64,000 bases of DNA from Thermodesulfobacteriota bacterium (GTDB taxonomy: Bacteria > Desulfobacterota_D > UBA1144 > Nemesobacterales > JAJCZQ01). The stretch is from contig CBDBDR010000017.1 of NCBI GenBank assembly GCA_965203965.1, positions 928,911 to 992,910 on the forward strand, read 5' to 3'. Of the stretch, positions 21,537 to 31,736 are shown piece after piece (the first letter of the stretch is position 1; the number at the start of each line of letters is the position of its first letter). The notes beneath the pieces were generated by a model. The model saw nothing but the letters and a program-made list of their open reading frames with translations, made no database searches and was not told where the DNA came from. Made by a program: the position numbers and the translations under genes.

Positions 21537-22958
21537 TCACCCGTTGTATTTGACTGCAACGTATATATACCTATTTAACCTGTTGATCAACATCAAAAGA
21601 GTTGATCCATCCTCGAGTTTGGAAAATTCTTCCTGAAACTCCTTTACCGAGTTTATCTTTTTATTATTTACTTCCAGTATAACGTCTCCTTCTGCAATTC
21701 CTGCATTGTAGGCAATACCTTCTTTGTCAATTTTAGTTACTACAACACCTTTATCCTCTTTGGCTTTGTATCTTTTCTTCAATTCAAGAGTGAGATCTTT
21801 TACTACAGCACCTAAAATCTGTTCGGCTTCTTTACCGTTACGGGTTTTGTCAGGAACGGGATTGGCAAGTTGCTCATCAGGAAACGCACCAAGCTCAACT
21901 TTTACGTTCTTTACTCTCCCATCCCTGAATATTTTTATGTTGATCGTCTTCCCCGGGGAAATGTTTGCAACCATTTTGGGTAGATCATTTATTTCCTTGA
22001 TCTTTTTGTTGTTCACTTCAAGTATCATGTCCCCTACTTTAATTCCCGCTTTCTCGGCAGGACTTCCGAAAGCAACGTCTGATACTATCACACCTGAATT
22101 ATCAGGAAGATTTAAGCTCTCCCGTATTTCTGGAGATACTTTCTGTATATAAACTCCAAGCCATCCCCGCACCACTTTCCCTAAATTTTTCAGTTGGTCA
22201 GTAACGTTACGAGCTATATTGATCGGAATGGCAAAACCAATTCCACTAGCCCTCGGCACAATCGCAGTATTAACACCTACAACTTCACCTTTGTAGTTAA
22301 AAAGCGGCCCACCGCTGTTCCCGGGATTGATAGCAGCATCGGTTTGAATAAAATCATCATAAACACCTAAACCGAGTGTTCTGCCCTTGGCACTCACAAT
22401 CCCGGCAGTAACCGTATTGCCCAGTCCAAATGGATTGCCTATTGCAACAACGGTATCTCCTATCTCAAGCATTGATGAATCACCTATCTTAACGGACTTC
22501 AATGGCTTTTTGGGATTTATCTTCAACAAAGCAATATCTGTTTTGGCATCGGTGCCTATGATTTCTGCCCGGTATGTGTCGCCATTTTCTAAAACAATAT
22601 CTATTTCATCAGCTTTGCCTACAACGTGGTTATTTGTGATTATATATCCATCTGGGCTGATTATAAAACCAGAACCCAAACCTTTTCTTTTAAACTCTCT
22701 TCCCTGCATATCATCCCCAAAAAACTTCTTGAAAAATTCATAGAAAGGGTCGTTTGGATCACTCCAAGGGATTTGGAAACCAAAATTTCTCTGCTTCGTA
22801 ATACTTGTAGTGCTTATATTAACCACAGACGGGCTGAGGTTTTTTATGAGCCTTGATAAGTATTTGAGGTCGTAAGCATGGGAGTGTGAGTTTACGGGAT
22901 CTAAGAGCAATACCGAGCAAATCGAAAGAACCAGTAGGATCAACTTGGATTTTAACAT
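21537..22958 (-). CDS. HtrA/DegP-family periplasmic serine protease with two PDZ domains
   Basis: Signal peptide, catalytic triad context (TNNHVV, GNSGGPL) and two C-terminal PDZ-like regions. Confidence 0.9.
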   Translation of the reverse strand: MLKSKLILLVLSICSVLLLDPVNSHSHAYDLKYLSRLIKNLSPSVVNISTTSITKQRNFGFQIPWSDPNDPFYEFFKKFFGDDMQGREFKRKGLGSGFIISPDGYIITNNHVVGKADEIDIVLENGDTYRAEIIGTDAKTDIALLKINPKKPLKSVKIGDSSMLEIGDTVVAIGNPFGLGNTVTAGIVSAKGRTLGLGVYDDFIQTDAAINPGNSGGPLFNYKGEVVGVNTAIVPRASGIGFAIPINIARNVTDQLKNLGKVVRGWLGVYIQKVSPEIRESLNLPDNSGVIVSDVAFGSPAEKAGIKVGDMILEVNNKKIKEINDLPKMVANISPGKTINIKIFRDGRVKNVKVELGAFPDEQLANPVPDKTRNGKEAEQILGAVVKDLTLELKKRYKAKEDKGVVVTKIDKEGIAYNAGIAEGDVILEVNNKKINSVKEFQEEFSKLEDGSTLLMLINRLNRYIYVAVKYNG

Positions 22959-23089
22959 AGATGTTTACCAATCCCTTTTATTTGCATAGTTTGTATACTT
23001 TTATCTCATAAAAAATAAATTCAATATCATCTTCTCAGAACGGTTGATCAAACTACTGAAAAAGAGTAAAAAATATTTCCGTAAATATC

Positions 23090-24226
23090 TTATATAGTGT
23101 CTTTTAAAATATTATCCCAGTATTTATAAACCAAACTGCTCGAATAAACCTTTAATACGTAGTCTCTCAAGGTTGAAACCAAACCACTGTTTGAATAAAT
23201 AAGTTTGCCCATCATCCTTGACTGGTTCTGGATCTTATTTACTCTCGGTTTTCTTCTGGCTTCATAATGATCAAGTGCGTGTGCAATATATCTGGAATCA
23301 GATCTGCAAAGTTCATCCGCGATCACTGCCGCCGACTCCATAGCCATTGACACCCCAGCACCTGCATTAGGCAAAATTGCATGGGCAGAATCTCCCACCA
23401 AAACCACCCTGCCCTTAGACCATCTATTCATCTTTAGATCGTTATAAGAATCAAAGTATATCGCGTTTGGATCCGTAAGTTGCTCAAGTATTTGAGGAAC
23501 TATACCACCGAAATCTTTGAAGTATTCTTTAATTTTGTAAATCCTCGAATCTGGATTATCTTCCTCGTCTTTGTTCGTTTTGACGCTTGTAAATACCGAT
23601 AGCTTCCCCTTGGTTGGCCAAACGCCAATAAATTTTCCTTTCCCCCAGTATTCTAATATCCCATCAGGCTTTGAAAGGTTTGGATCTATCCAAAATCCCC
23701 ATCCCGACATTCCACTATACTTTAGAGGAACGGCACCAAAAATTTGCTTTCTTGTTCTGGATCTCACCCCGTCACACCCAATCACTAAATCATAATTTTC
23801 AGACCTGCCATTACTGAAATGAACCTCAGCCACGTCGGATCCCTGCTCTATCTTTTCCACAGTTGAGTTCATATTGAGAATGGATGGGTCAACTGCTTTC
23901 AAAAGCGTGTCTATAAGCTCAGGTCTTTCAATGCTTATTATAGGACCATATTTTTCGGCAACGGGATCAATCGTGTAGGTTTTTATAACCTCCCCTTTGT
24001 AATTTGAAACATAGTAGCTCGTAAACTGGCAGCTTACCTCAAGCAGTTTTTCATAAATACCAAGACCTTTAAGAACTTTACTTCCGGAGGGCCAAACTAC
24101 TATTACGTAACCAACTTTACCGTATGCTGGTGCTCTTTCCACGAGTTTTGGACTAAATCCTCTCTGCTGGAGCAATCCAGCAAGGGTCAATCCCGAAACT
24201 CCCCCTCCTATAATGAGCACGCGCAT
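23090..24226 (-). CDS. FAD-dependent monooxygenase (UbiH/salicylate hydroxylase-like)
   Basis: The Rossmann motif MRVLIIGGGVSGL lies at the chosen start, and a DG and GD(S)AH flavin monooxygenase fingerprint follows. The ORF track extends to 24304, but the extra 26 codons precede the dinucleotide-binding fold. Confidence 0.75.
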   Translation of the reverse strand: MRVLIIGGGVSGLTLAGLLQQRGFSPKLVERAPAYGKVGYVIVVWPSGSKVLKGLGIYEKLLEVSCQFTSYYVSNYKGEVIKTYTIDPVAEKYGPIISIERPELIDTLLKAVDPSILNMNSTVEKIEQGSDVAEVHFSNGRSENYDLVIGCDGVRSRTRKQIFGAVPLKYSGMSGWGFWIDPNLSKPDGILEYWGKGKFIGVWPTKGKLSVFTSVKTNKDEEDNPDSRIYKIKEYFKDFGGIVPQILEQLTDPNAIYFDSYNDLKMNRWSKGRVVLVGDSAHAILPNAGAGVSMAMESAAVIADELCRSDSRYIAHALDHYEARRKPRVNKIQNQSRMMGKLIYSNSGLVSTLRDYVLKVYSSSLVYKYWDNILKDTI

Positions 24227-24395
24227 ATCAGGCCCATACCTGACCCTGCTCTTTAAGAAATTTTTATTTGGATCTCCAGAACTCATTTTAAAAAATAATA
24301 TCATAATTAGCTCAAATTACTGACTTTGTTGATTGAGACCGGCATCTTTGGCACGGTTGTTTTGATTAGTTTCGTCATTATGTATAGTTTAGGTC

Positions 24396-24938
24396 GTGAC
24401 TTCTATTTTGGAAATTACTGAGCTTGGTAACCCCATACTTCGCAAAAAGGCAAAAGAAGTCGAAAATATTGACGACCCTGAAACTCAAAAACTCATCAAT
24501 GATATGATGGCTACCGTAACCGAAGTAAATGGTGTCGGACTGGCTTCCCCACAGGTAAACAGATCATTGAGAATTTTTATAATTTCATCTCATCCAAATA
24601 CAAGATACCCCGATGCCCCAGACGTTACACCTCGGGAAATAATAAATCCCGTCATAACAGATAGGTCAGAAGAGATGGAAAAGGATTGGGAAGGCTGTCT
24701 CAGCATACCTGGAATACGCGGTATAGTGCCGAGACATAAAGAAATAAAAGTCAAATACCTAAATAGGCAGGGAGAAGAAAATTCCGAAATCTTCCATCAT
24801 TTTATTGCCCGAGTTTTTCAACATGAACTTGACCACTTGGACGGCATGGTCTTTTTGGACAGGATCAGAAACAACAAGGATATAATTACCGAAACAGAAT
24901 ACCGTAAAATGCTTCAGCAAAACGGTAGCAATTTATGA
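24396..24938 (+). CDS. def: peptide deformylase
   Basis: PDF motifs GVGLASPQV, EGCLSIPG and HELDHLDG. Confidence 0.9.
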   Translation: MTSILEITELGNPILRKKAKEVENIDDPETQKLINDMMATVTEVNGVGLASPQVNRSLRIFIISSHPNTRYPDAPDVTPREIINPVITDRSEEMEKDWEGCLSIPGIRGIVPRHKEIKVKYLNRQGEENSEIFHHFIARVFQHELDHLDGMVFLDRIRNNKDIITETEYRKMLQQNGSNL

Positions 24939-25013
24939 TTTCCTGTTTTGCAAATTGATAAAATTACTTAACTACCTAAAATTAAAATTCAATTATAGAG
25001 TAAGGAGATCTGT

Positions 25014-26324
25014 ATGAACGGTTATCCTCCCGGCTTGGATTCCGCGATTGACCACAAATTCTTTGATGCAGTTTTTCAGAGAAGATCCCGAAGATTCGGT
25101 CTTGGCATGGAAATAGAAAAAGGACCCTTGCAATACAAATCAAAGCATAAACCTGTGCCCCTCAGTGAGCTTGAAGAAGCAATAATTGTCTGGATGGGTC
25201 TGGGTATTAAAAACATAAACCTCTCCGATTTTCCACCACATGTGGGACTTGATCTGGAGATGCAGTTTACAAGCAAAACCATTCCTGCACTCGGGGACGT
25301 TCATAGAACGGAACTTTTTTATACCAACGATGAAGGTCTTTACATGATCAAAATGCACGATCAACTTGCCCATGATTTTGAAGGTTTGGAAAAAATGACA
25401 AAAATCCAGAGAGTTGACAGGATACTTCAACTCTTCAGAGAATCAAAAATAAAGCTCCAAGACGGACGTGCAGACCTGCCGAACCAACCCCCTGGCATCG
25501 CCTCTCATAACCTCTGGAACGTCAATAAACCGGGCACCACACTGTTTATGCCGGTAACTGATCTGTCCGCGTGTATTATCAACCTGTATTTTTTCTATAT
25601 GAGAGCAGATCACAGATTTAATTTTGTGGATGAACTTCATGGATTGCGAACCCCCGGAACTTCAGAGTTTGTAGAAAGTGGATTCATTGATGAAGGTAAA
25701 AAAATGCCCCTCATTGAAGCAGAATTGAGGTTTGCAAATGGATACATAGCCGAACAGGCATTTATGGGTCAGAACATGGTTCTTACTCTTCAGACTCTTG
25801 GACTTGGAGGGTGGTTGTTCAGTGGATTTGCCAGTATGTTCATGCTCGGAGGAACACCTTTCAACAAAGGTCTTGGTTTCAGATTTATAACCCCTGATAT
25901 AAAAGTAGGCACCGGAAATCCAAACCCTGTTGCCGTCGGCAGAGATGATTTGTTCCATTCATTTTGTCCACCGTACTATAAGGACATGGGAGAAGCTGTC
26001 GAGGCATTCAACGATCTGAAATGGACTAACTGGGAATCACACCCGATGCCATATAAAAACCCCGAAGCAGTTATAAAAGACATTGAAAGACCATCAAGAA
26101 AAGAGATACAAGCAGTTAAAAATATTTGCAGCTATATCTACGACACTTATGGTAGATTTCCAGCTTTCTCGGATCCTATGTTTCTACGCTTCATGGTTCA
26201 GGCACATCATCTTGATCTTGATTTTTACAATAAGTTCTATCCAGCCGGAGCGTATACCGAATCGCACAAAAATCATTTCAAACTCTGGCACCCTGAATTG
26301 AAAGACCCATTTTCAGGTGAATAG
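25014..26324 (+). CDS. hypothetical protein, possibly nitroreductase-fold (N-terminal RRSRRF motif)
   Basis: 436 aa, aromatic-rich, soluble. The N-terminal FDAVFQRRSRRFG...VPLSELEEAII resembles the start of nitroreductase/SagB-type dehydrogenase domains. I recognise no other family. Confidence 0.5.
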   Translation: MNGYPPGLDSAIDHKFFDAVFQRRSRRFGLGMEIEKGPLQYKSKHKPVPLSELEEAIIVWMGLGIKNINLSDFPPHVGLDLEMQFTSKTIPALGDVHRTELFYTNDEGLYMIKMHDQLAHDFEGLEKMTKIQRVDRILQLFRESKIKLQDGRADLPNQPPGIASHNLWNVNKPGTTLFMPVTDLSACIINLYFFYMRADHRFNFVDELHGLRTPGTSEFVESGFIDEGKKMPLIEAELRFANGYIAEQAFMGQNMVLTLQTLGLGGWLFSGFASMFMLGGTPFNKGLGFRFITPDIKVGTGNPNPVAVGRDDLFHSFCPPYYKDMGEAVEAFNDLKWTNWESHPMPYKNPEAVIKDIERPSRKEIQAVKNICSYIYDTYGRFPAFSDPMFLRFMVQAHHLDLDFYNKFYPAGAYTESHKNHFKLWHPELKDPFSGE

Positions 26325-26443
26325 TACTAAACCAAGCAACTAAAATTCTTGCTCATAACCCTTTATAATCCTGCTCACCGCGGAATAGTGTAGGAAAAAG
26401 TAGTCGGCCAGTTGTAAAATCAGATAATTGAAACTCTTTCGAG

Positions 26444-27805
26444 CTAAATCTCGTTTCTTGCTTCTTCTAATTTTGATTCGACAAACTCTTTAATTTCACC
26501 CAGCCTCTTTTCTGACCGTGCTTCAAATCTAAGCACCAATGCCGGTTGGGTATTGGAAGCTCTTATAAGTCCCCATCCATCAAGAAAATTCACCCTTACA
26601 CCATCTATATCTATTACTTTATAGTCTGGCTTGAATTTTTCCGTAACAGCCTTTACAAGCTGAAATTTTATTGCTTCATCACAATCCACCCTGATCTCTG
26701 GTGTTGAATAAGTCTTAGGAACATGGGAAAGAAGTTCCGACACTTTCTTATCTGTATTTGAAACTATCTCTAAAAGTCTGAGAGCTGCATACAAAGCATC
26801 ATCGTAGCCATAAAATCTGTCATTGAAAAAAATATGCCCGCTCATCTCTCCAGCAAGCTTTGCTCCCGTTTCTTTTATCTTGTTTTTAATAAGAGAATGT
26901 CCTGTCTTCCACATGATCGGGTTTCCGCCAACTCTTTTAATTTCATCAAATAGATTGGAAGAACATTTAACGTCACCGATTACAGTTACACCTTCGATGC
27001 TTTTGAGTATGTCCAAAGCATAGATCAAAACCAGCATGTCACCCCAGATAATTTCACCATTCTCATCCAGAACGCCAATACGATCACCATCACCGTCAAA
27101 TGCTATTCCAAGTTCACATCCATTATCAATAACGGCTTTTTGCAGATCTTTTAAGTTTTCTGCCACCGTTGGGTCGGGATGATGATTTGGAAAAGTCCCA
27201 TCGGGATTAGAATAAAGCTCTACAAGGTCACAACCCACATCTTTTAAAACTGAGGGACCGGCAAGCCCAACCATGCCATTACCACAGTCAACTGCTACCT
27301 TTAAACCTTCCCTGATACGTATATTTTTCTTCATATATTCCAAATAGATATTTGTAATTGATTGATCTTGCACAGCACCTTCCCCTTTCTCAGTCTCATC
27401 TTTTTCAATAAGCCTTTTCAGGTTTTGTATTGCTGCACCAAATAATGAATCTTTTCCAAGACATAGCTTCATGCCGTTGTAGTCACCGGGATTATGGCTC
27501 GCAGTAATCATAATTCCGCCGTCAACTTCTATATTGAACAAAGAAAAATAAAGTATTGGAGTAGAAACAACACCAAGATTTATAACGTCCACGCCTGTTG
27601 AAGTAATACCCTGAATTAAGAACTCTGAAAGGCTGGGAGAACTCAATCTGCAGTCTCTGCCCAAAGAAACAGTTTTCCCCCCGCTTCTTTTGACCACTGT
27701 GCCATAAGCTCTTCCAATAAGCTCAGCGTCCCGTAACGTCAATTCTGAACCGTATATACCCCTAACGTCATATTCTCTGAAAATATTCGGACTTATTTCC
27801 GCCAT
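26444..27805 (-). CDS. phosphomannomutase/phosphoglucomutase
   Basis: Alpha-D-phosphohexomutase family: active-site TASHNPGDYNGMK, Mg loop FDGDGDR and sugar-binding GEMSGH. Confidence 0.9.
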   Translation of the reverse strand: MAEISPNIFREYDVRGIYGSELTLRDAELIGRAYGTVVKRSGGKTVSLGRDCRLSSPSLSEFLIQGITSTGVDVINLGVVSTPILYFSLFNIEVDGGIMITASHNPGDYNGMKLCLGKDSLFGAAIQNLKRLIEKDETEKGEGAVQDQSITNIYLEYMKKNIRIREGLKVAVDCGNGMVGLAGPSVLKDVGCDLVELYSNPDGTFPNHHPDPTVAENLKDLQKAVIDNGCELGIAFDGDGDRIGVLDENGEIIWGDMLVLIYALDILKSIEGVTVIGDVKCSSNLFDEIKRVGGNPIMWKTGHSLIKNKIKETGAKLAGEMSGHIFFNDRFYGYDDALYAALRLLEIVSNTDKKVSELLSHVPKTYSTPEIRVDCDEAIKFQLVKAVTEKFKPDYKVIDIDGVRVNFLDGWGLIRASNTQPALVLRFEARSEKRLGEIKEFVESKLEEARNEI

Positions 27806-27911
27806 CGTTTCAACCCTTTTGTCAGATCTAAATCTACAATTATAAGTCAGTCGGAGACAATTATAAAGCAGTTATTGACTTTGATAAGTTACATCTTATT
27901 ATTCCTGACTT

Positions 27912-29399
27912 ATGATCTCCCCCAGTCTTGAAAAATTCAAGGAAAATCTTAAACACGGCAATCTGGTTCCGATCTGGGAAGAGATACTCGCCGATCTTGA
28001 TACACCCGTTTCAGCCTTTAAAAAAATTGAATCTAGTGATTATTGCTTTCTTTTTGAAAGTGTAGAAGGTGGTGAAAAATGGGGACAATACAGTTTCATT
28101 GGTTCTGATGTATCCGTGATCTTCAGATCAAAAGGGGAAAATATTGAAATAATTGAGAACAATAAACTGACAAAGATCAAAGCCAATCCAATAGATGAAT
28201 TAAGGAAATTGATTTCAAGGTATAAACCTGTTGAAAGTCCCGATTTGCCAAGGTTCCAGGGAGGAGCAGTTGGGTATTTTGGCTATGACATAGTAAGGTT
28301 TATAGAAAAACTTCCCGACGATACAGAAAACGACTTAAATCTCTGGGACTGTATCTATTTAATTACAGATACAATTGTGATTTTTGACAACATTCACAAT
28401 AAGATAAAGATAATAGCAAATGCGTTCGTTACGGATAAATCAGACGCCGAGCACGTGTATAACAGTTCATTAGCAAAAATCAGGGACATAAAGAAGAAAC
28501 TTCAAAGTCAACTGCTGATGAATAAAAGTTGCCACAATTTCAACGACAAAAACAACGGTGGAGACCTGAAACTGAACTCTAATTTTGACAAGAAAACTTA
28601 TGAAAGTGCAGTTATAAAAACAAAAAAATACATTGAAGACGGAGATATTATTCAGTCGGTAATTTCACAAAGATGGAACACAGAGCTTACGGTCGACCCG
28701 TTCGATCTTTACAGGTCTCTGCGGGTGTTGAATCCTTCACCCTACATGTTCTATCTAAAGCTGGGTGATCAGATCCTTGCAGGCTCGTCCCCTGAGGTTA
28801 TGGTCAGGGTAGAGGAAAAAAGAATAGAAAGCAGGCCCATTGCCGGCACCCGCCCGAGGGGAAAGGATAGTGACGAAGATTCAATGTTAGCCAATGATCT
28901 GGTAAATGACCCTAAAGAACGTGCAGAGCATATAATGCTTGTTGATCTTACAAGAAACGATCTGGGAAAAGTGGCAAAAACTGGAACTGTGATAGTGGAT
29001 GAATTTATGACGATTGAGAGATATTCCCACGTCATGCACATTGTCTCCAATGTAGTTGCAGAATTGGACACAGACAAAGACTCGTTTGACGTAATAAAAG
29101 CAACTATGCCCGCTGGCACACTGTCCGGTGCACCAAAGGTAAGAGCAATGGAGATAATTGACGAGACGGAACCAACAAGGAGGGGAGCTTACGGAGGAGC
29201 AGTCGGATATTTCAGCTTTTCAGGTAACATGGACAGTTGCATCATAATCAGGACGTTTGTCATAAAAGACGGAAAGATATACATACAGGCTGGTGCCGGT
29301 ATCGTGGCTGATTCAAATCCAGAATCAGAATATTATGAGACCGTGAACAAGGTTAAGGCTCTTGTTAGTGCTGTGGAAATAGCCAGAACGGGATTATAA
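27912..29399 (+). CDS. trpE: anthranilate synthase component I
   Basis: Chorismate-binding enzyme with the TrpE-type N-terminal LFESVEGGEKWGQYSFIG region (LLES-like allosteric motif), GAVGYF and a C-terminal Mg site. Confidence 0.8.
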   Translation: MISPSLEKFKENLKHGNLVPIWEEILADLDTPVSAFKKIESSDYCFLFESVEGGEKWGQYSFIGSDVSVIFRSKGENIEIIENNKLTKIKANPIDELRKLISRYKPVESPDLPRFQGGAVGYFGYDIVRFIEKLPDDTENDLNLWDCIYLITDTIVIFDNIHNKIKIIANAFVTDKSDAEHVYNSSLAKIRDIKKKLQSQLLMNKSCHNFNDKNNGGDLKLNSNFDKKTYESAVIKTKKYIEDGDIIQSVISQRWNTELTVDPFDLYRSLRVLNPSPYMFYLKLGDQILAGSSPEVMVRVEEKRIESRPIAGTRPRGKDSDEDSMLANDLVNDPKERAEHIMLVDLTRNDLGKVAKTGTVIVDEFMTIERYSHVMHIVSNVVAELDTDKDSFDVIKATMPAGTLSGAPKVRAMEIIDETEPTRRGAYGGAVGYFSFSGNMDSCIIIRTFVIKDGKIYIQAGAGIVADSNPESEYYETVNKVKALVSAVEIARTGL

Positions 29400-29405
29400 A
29401 TTAAA

Positions 29406-29975
29406 ATGATATTGATGATAGATAACTATGATTCATTCACCTACAATCTCGTTCATTATCTTGCGGAATTAGGCGAAGAGGTTGAGACGGTAAGAAACGA
29501 CAAAATATCGGCGGAAGAAATTACCTCCATGAACCCTGATATAATTGTTATTTCACCCGGACCCTGCACTCCGAACCGTGCAGGAATTTCAGTAGAAGTT
29601 GTCAAAAAGTTCCTTGGAATCAAACCAATAATGGGAGTTTGTCTCGGACACCAATCTATAGGGGAAGCACTTGGCGGAAAAATAATCAAGGCAAGTAAGT
29701 TGTTGCATGGAAAAACATCTGCAATATACCATAATGAAAGGGGAATATTTGAAGGAATACCAAACCCTTTTGAGGCAACACGTTATCATTCTCTTATAAT
29801 TGACAAGGCAACGTTACCCAAACAGTTGGAAATAACCGCTTGGACGGATGAGGAAGAAATCATGGGAATAAAACACAAGAAATTTTCCGTTGAAGGCGTG
29901 CAGTTTCATCCTGAGTCCATTTTGACAAAGCACGGAAAGGATATACTTAATAACTTTCTAAATATTTGTAAGTAA
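29406..29975 (+). CDS. trpG: anthranilate synthase component II / glutamine amidotransferase
   Basis: Class I GATase (MILMIDNYDSFTYNL, GVCLGHQ, catalytic HPES) lying immediately after trpE. Confidence 0.85.
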   Translation: MILMIDNYDSFTYNLVHYLAELGEEVETVRNDKISAEEITSMNPDIIVISPGPCTPNRAGISVEVVKKFLGIKPIMGVCLGHQSIGEALGGKIIKASKLLHGKTSAIYHNERGIFEGIPNPFEATRYHSLIIDKATLPKQLEITAWTDEEEIMGIKHKKFSVEGVQFHPESILTKHGKDILNNFLNICK

Positions 29976-30006
29976 CAAATAAAATTTTTATGAATGAGGT
30001 GCATAA

Positions 30007-31731
30007 GTGAAACTACTTTTCAGACCAAGAGACCCTAAATTTATTGGAAAGGGAGAGCTTCCATTTGGAACATTTGACAATACCGAAGAATGGGAACCGA
30101 TATATAGATGTCTGGAAAAAGGAGCCAAACTGTTTCCCAATAAAAAACTGTTCAGCGTGGCTGACGGGAAAGGAAATATCGCTGAAAGTTACACTTATGG
30201 AGAATCAAACAGTTGGGCAAACAAAATTGCCAATGGACTTATAAATAAATGTGGCGTGAAAAAAAAACAGACCGTTGGAATTTATATGTTGAATTCATCC
30301 GAATTTATTGTTTCTATACTTGCCATTCACAAGGCTGGTGGGGTTCAAGTGCCCATCAACAAGGATGAAAAAGGTGAAAGGCTGGCTTACATAATAAATT
30401 ATTCCGATCAGGAAATACTTCTGACGGACATTGAAAGTTTTGAATTCATCAAGGAAATTGCAGGTGATCTGGAAAAGTTAAAGTATATATTCGTTTCAGG
30501 TGGAGATAACAACCTACCTTCAAATCTAAACAATATTGAGATACATCCGTTTACCCTGCTAAATGATCATTCGGATGAAAACCCAAAAGTAGCCGTCAAA
30601 GTGTCTGACGTGGAAAGATGCATGTTTACTTCAGGGACTACCGGTATGCCAAAAGGCGTTTCAAGAAATCACGGAGGAGTTGTGCTTACCGTCAGGGCTT
30701 ACATACAAATGCACGGAGTCAGAGATCAAGATGTATTAATGTCCGTTTTATCACTTGCACATGCCAATGCACAGGTTATGTGTCTTCTTACTTCCATTGG
30801 TGCAGGTGCATCCTGCGTGTTTTATCCAAGATTTTCAGCTTCCAATTTTTGGAAATGGGCTTTTGAATCTAGTGCAACTATAACCAATATGCTTGGCTCA
30901 GTTTCAGAATACGTCTCATTGGCAAAGGAAAGTGAATGGGATAAAAAACACAATGTAAGAACCATTCTTGCGGGACCGGCACCCAAGAATAAACCTGAAT
31001 TTGAAAAAAGATTTAATACAAGAGTGCTGGACGGATATGGCTCAACAGAGATGGGCATGGTTTTCTGGCAATATCCTGAAGATCTCAGGCCTTCTTCATC
31101 TGGTTTTGTTACCGAAGGCTATTACGTGGAATTGAGGGATCCGGAAAATACCGACAGAGTTATAACAAAAGCATGGAATCCCGATGAAGAAGAAACCCCA
31201 CTAGAAGAAACAAAAGGTCTCTTGTTTATAAAGCCATTAATTCCAAATACAACTCTCAACGAATACTTCAAAGACAAAAAACGCACCAGTGAGGCATTTG
31301 ATCCAGATGGATTTTTTAACTCGGACGACCTTTTCATAAGAGGTATTGACGACAGGTATTACTTTCAGGGTAGATACAGCAGGATAAGGGTCTCCGGCGA
31401 GAACGTGGATCCAAACGCCGTTGCAAACTACGCATCACAGTATCCTCCAGTCCAAAATGCTGTGGCCATCGGGATAAGACTACCAGACGTCTCGGATGAC
31501 GAGATAAAATTAAATCTTACCCTGAAAGACGATGCAGAATTTGACAATATTCAGTTTTGTAAGTGGATGGCTGAAAGAGTTCCGGTGTATATGGTTCCGA
31601 GATTTATTGAGATTTATAAAGAGTTTCCACTTACTTCAACTCAGAAAGTGAGCATGGATGGGCTAAAAAAAATCACCGATAACACTTGGGACAGGAATAG
31701 ATCCGGAATTAAATTCAAAACAAGAAAATAG
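30007..31731 (+). CDS. CaiC-like AMP-dependent acyl-CoA ligase (ANL superfamily), paralog 1
   Basis: Adenylation motifs FTSGTTGMPKGV, GYGSTEMG and GRYSRIRVSGENV (the GENV box is typical of the CaiC-like subgroup). GTG start with GAGGTG RBS 31 nt after trpG. Confidence 0.8.
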   Translation: MKLLFRPRDPKFIGKGELPFGTFDNTEEWEPIYRCLEKGAKLFPNKKLFSVADGKGNIAESYTYGESNSWANKIANGLINKCGVKKKQTVGIYMLNSSEFIVSILAIHKAGGVQVPINKDEKGERLAYIINYSDQEILLTDIESFEFIKEIAGDLEKLKYIFVSGGDNNLPSNLNNIEIHPFTLLNDHSDENPKVAVKVSDVERCMFTSGTTGMPKGVSRNHGGVVLTVRAYIQMHGVRDQDVLMSVLSLAHANAQVMCLLTSIGAGASCVFYPRFSASNFWKWAFESSATITNMLGSVSEYVSLAKESEWDKKHNVRTILAGPAPKNKPEFEKRFNTRVLDGYGSTEMGMVFWQYPEDLRPSSSGFVTEGYYVELRDPENTDRVITKAWNPDEEETPLEETKGLLFIKPLIPNTTLNEYFKDKKRTSEAFDPDGFFNSDDLFIRGIDDRYYFQGRYSRIRVSGENVDPNAVANYASQYPPVQNAVAIGIRLPDVSDDEIKLNLTLKDDAEFDNIQFCKWMAERVPVYMVPRFIEIYKEFPLTSTQKVSMDGLKKITDNTWDRNRSGIKFKTRK

Positions 31732-31736
31732 TCCAA

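Noticed and set aside
25076-25958. Antisense ORFs (25076-25282, 25140-25430, 25443-25640, 25662-25958) inside the 436 aa hypothetical gene
   Set aside because: No motifs or RBS, all shorter than the sense ORF which has a recognisable N-terminal signature; kept the sense-strand call.
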